Of a DNA stretch of 5,127 nt, positions 4,224 to 5,127 are shown in pieces. This stretch comes from Leidyana gryllorum EB-2025a. Taxonomy: Eukaryota; Protista; Apicomplexa. Position 1 is the first letter of the stretch; the number at the start of each line of letters is the position of its first letter. The stretch covers positions 1-5,127 of the forward strand of contig JBLWGC010000004.1 of the NCBI GenBank assembly GCA_048772705.1. The letters are read 5' to 3'. The notes under the pieces were generated by a model. It was given only the letters and a program-made list of their open reading frames with translations, made no database searches and was not told where the DNA came from. A program made the position numbers and the translations under genes.

Positions 4224-4337
4224 AAGTTTGTAGTGCTACTGGCGCTATTTGCCTACAGAGTTGAGAGCTTTGAGGGTGCCCTGTAGCCCTTAGATAGACT
4301 TGGGCACCGCAGTATGTGTGAAGGTTGCCTCAGAGAC

Positions 4338-4394
4338 CGGATCTGCGAGTTTGTATTTTACAACCACACGCTCTGCCGACTAAAGTACAAGGGC
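4338..4394 (-). pseudogene. tRNA-Asn remnant with T-arm deletion
   Basis: rc GCCCTTGTACTTTAGTCGGCAGAGCGTGTGGTTGTAAAATACAAACTCGCAGATCCG aligns to 785-857; both flanks align as well. Confidence 0.8.
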
Positions 4395-4497
4395 CAGTTC
4401 CAATATCTCAGAGGTTAGTAGAGATACGCGTGTTGCATGTGTCCGGTTGAGGGCTAGTCCGGATGCTCTACCAACTCTTTTTGTGAAGCAGTGAATG

Positions 4498-4569
4498 GGT
4501 TGCGTGGTGTAGTGGTTAGCACTGGAGACTCTGAATCTCCCGATCTGGGTTCGATTCCCGCCGCGACCT
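4498..4569 (+). tRNA. tRNA-Gln(CTG), near intact (C49:C65 mismatch)
   Basis: GGTTGCG-TG-GTGT-AGTGGTTA-GCAC-T-GGAGA-CT-CTG-AA-TCTCC-CGAT-CTGGG-TTCGATT-CCCGC-CGCGACC-T; anticodon 4531-4533. Confidence 0.93.
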
Positions 4570-4632
4570 CGCAACTAATTCTCACTACTTTGTGAAACCT
4601 CACCACTCCTCTTGATCTGCGGGACCTTGCGT

Positions 4633-4705
4633 GCAGCCATGGTCTAGTGGTCACGACGTCTGCTTAACACGCAGAAGGTCCCGAGTTCGATCCTCGGTGG
4701 CTGTA
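4633..4705 (+). tRNA. tRNA-Val(AAC), intact
   Basis: GCAGCCA-TG-GTC-TAGTGGTCAC-GAC-G-TCTGC-TT-AAC-AC-GCAGA-AGGTC-CCGAG-TTCGATC-CTCGG-TGGCTGT-A; anticodon 4666-4668. Confidence 0.96.
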
Positions 4706-4750
4706 ACTCGCGTTTGTCAGGTGAGCACCACGAAATCTAAAGCGCAAGAA

Positions 4751-4823
4751 CTCCGAGAACGGTAATCGAAACGCGCGTCTTCCGAGTGACAGGCGGAAAT
4801 ACTAAGCACTATACTATCTCGGA
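4751..4823 (-). pseudogene. tRNA-Asp(GTC) pseudogene
   Basis: rc TCCGAGATAGTATAGTGCTTAGTATT-TCCGC-CT-GTC-AC-TCGGA-AGACGCGCGTTTCGATTACCGT-TCTCGGA-G; acceptor perfect, T-stem and D-loop GG damaged; anticodon 4788-4790. Confidence 0.86.
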
Positions 4824-4918
4824 CGCTCGTGGATACCCCGGCCTTCAACCCCAAAAGTCCTCCCTTCTCGAGACTTCACGGACAGAAAGCGTGTAAAGTG
4901 GCGAGCCAAGGGCGCTCC

Positions 4919-4998
4919 GGCAAGATGGCCGAGTGGTCCAAGGCGCTGTGTTAAGGCCGCAGTCCGAAAGGGCGTGGGTTCGAATTCCACTCTTGTCA
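4919..4998 (+). tRNA. tRNA-Leu(AAG), near intact (C61 to T in B box)
   Basis: GGCAAGA...CTGTG-TT-AAG-GC-CGCAG-TCCGAAAGGGC-GTGGG-TTCGAAT-TCCAC-TCTTGTC-A; anticodon 4953-4955. Confidence 0.92.
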
Positions 4999-5050
4999 CC
5001 CGTTGTATCGGCCCTCGGTCAGCCACTGGATGCAATAGGTCTTCCATGTA

Positions 5051-5066
5051 GAGCGGATGAGCGGAT
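5051..5066 (+). repeat. 8-nt tandem duplication GAGCGGAT x2 directly upstream of tRNA-Ala
   Basis: GAGCGGAT GAGCGGAT; the paralogous module has a single unit (GTGCCGAT, 1657-1664). Confidence 0.85.
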
Positions 5067-5127
5067 GGGCGGCTAGCTCAGATGGTAGAGCGCTCGCTTC
5101 GCATGCGAGAGGTACTGGGATCGATAC
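5067..5127 (+). tRNA. tRNA-Ala(CGC), cut by window edge; visible part canonical
   Basis: GGGCGGC-TA-GCTC-AGATGGTA-GAGC-G-CTCGC-TT-CGC-AT-GCGAG-AGGTA-CTGGG-ATCGATA-C; anticodon 5100-5102. Confidence 0.93.

Noticed and set aside
4275-4308. 7-bp inverted repeat GGTGCCC/GGGCACC as a miniature mobile element
   Set aside because: Too short, no target-site duplication seen, and GGGTGCC-like sequence also occurs in the other Ala-Asn spacers.
2213-4394. Literal anticodon calls for decayed copies (Pro body with GGG or CGT, Asn body with GTA) as recoding tRNAs
   Set aside because: These copies have broken acceptor or T arms, so the loop changes are best explained by decay.
4441-4477. rc GAGTTGGTAGAGCATCCGG...ACCGGAC as a D-arm/anticodon-arm remnant (Ile-like)
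   Set aside because: Suggestive, but no acceptor or T arm is recognisable and the loop is unreadable; not counted as a locus.
184-5047. All ORFs in the supplied track (60-131 aa)
   Set aside because: Each overlaps tRNA or U6 genes or their remnants. Peptides such as GFEPAT, GIEPRT, VAGSIPA and LAWPLRKDD are translations of B boxes and the U6 core, with no recognisable protein family.
1-5127. CRISPR array, integron cassettes, or phage/bacterial tRNA array
   Set aside because: The repeats are tRNA modules, not constant repeats with unique spacers. Genes lie on both strands, lack CCA, have eukaryotic signatures and include U6.
1-5127. Dinoflagellate spliced-leader RNA, 5S rRNA, U1, U2, U4, U5 or SRP RNA genes
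   Set aside because: Searched by eye for CCGTAGCCATTTTGGCTCAAG, ACTTACCTG, GTGTAGTA and GCCTTTTAC on both strands; only short chance matches (e.g. TTTGGCTC at 942) were seen. A cmscan would be decisive.
1-5127. tRNA-derived SINE insertions
   Set aside because: No shared SINE body, poly-A or simple-repeat tails, or target-site duplications; copies retain upstream flanks, indicating DNA-level duplication.

Overview
Eukaryotic RNA polymerase III gene array with no supportable protein-coding gene. I count 33 tRNA genes or tRNA remnants on both strands plus one U6 spliceosomal snRNA gene (1935-2040). They cover 15 amino-acid families plus initiator Met; Cys, Phe, Ile, Ser, Trp and Sec bodies were not seen. 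Eukaryotic origin is supported by U6, no encoded CCA, A34 anticodons (AGC, AGG, AAG, AAC, ACG), ATCGA T-loops in tRNA-Ala and tRNA-iMet, and an intron-position insert in tRNA-Tyr. The tRNA bodies look protist-like, possibly alveolate (inference from memory, not tested). Six genes look fully canonical, several carry a single helix mismatch, and about half are clearly decayed. The array is a mosaic of 2-3-gene modules (His-Arg, Lys-Glu, Asn-Ala-Pro, Asp-Leu, Leu-Ala) recurring with their spacers in direct and inverted orientation. Several breakpoints fall inside tRNA genes, one locus is an Ala/Thr chimera with an Ile (AAT) anticodon, and paralogs within duplicated modules differ in anticodon. 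The supplied ORFs are interpreted as spurious readings through RNA genes.
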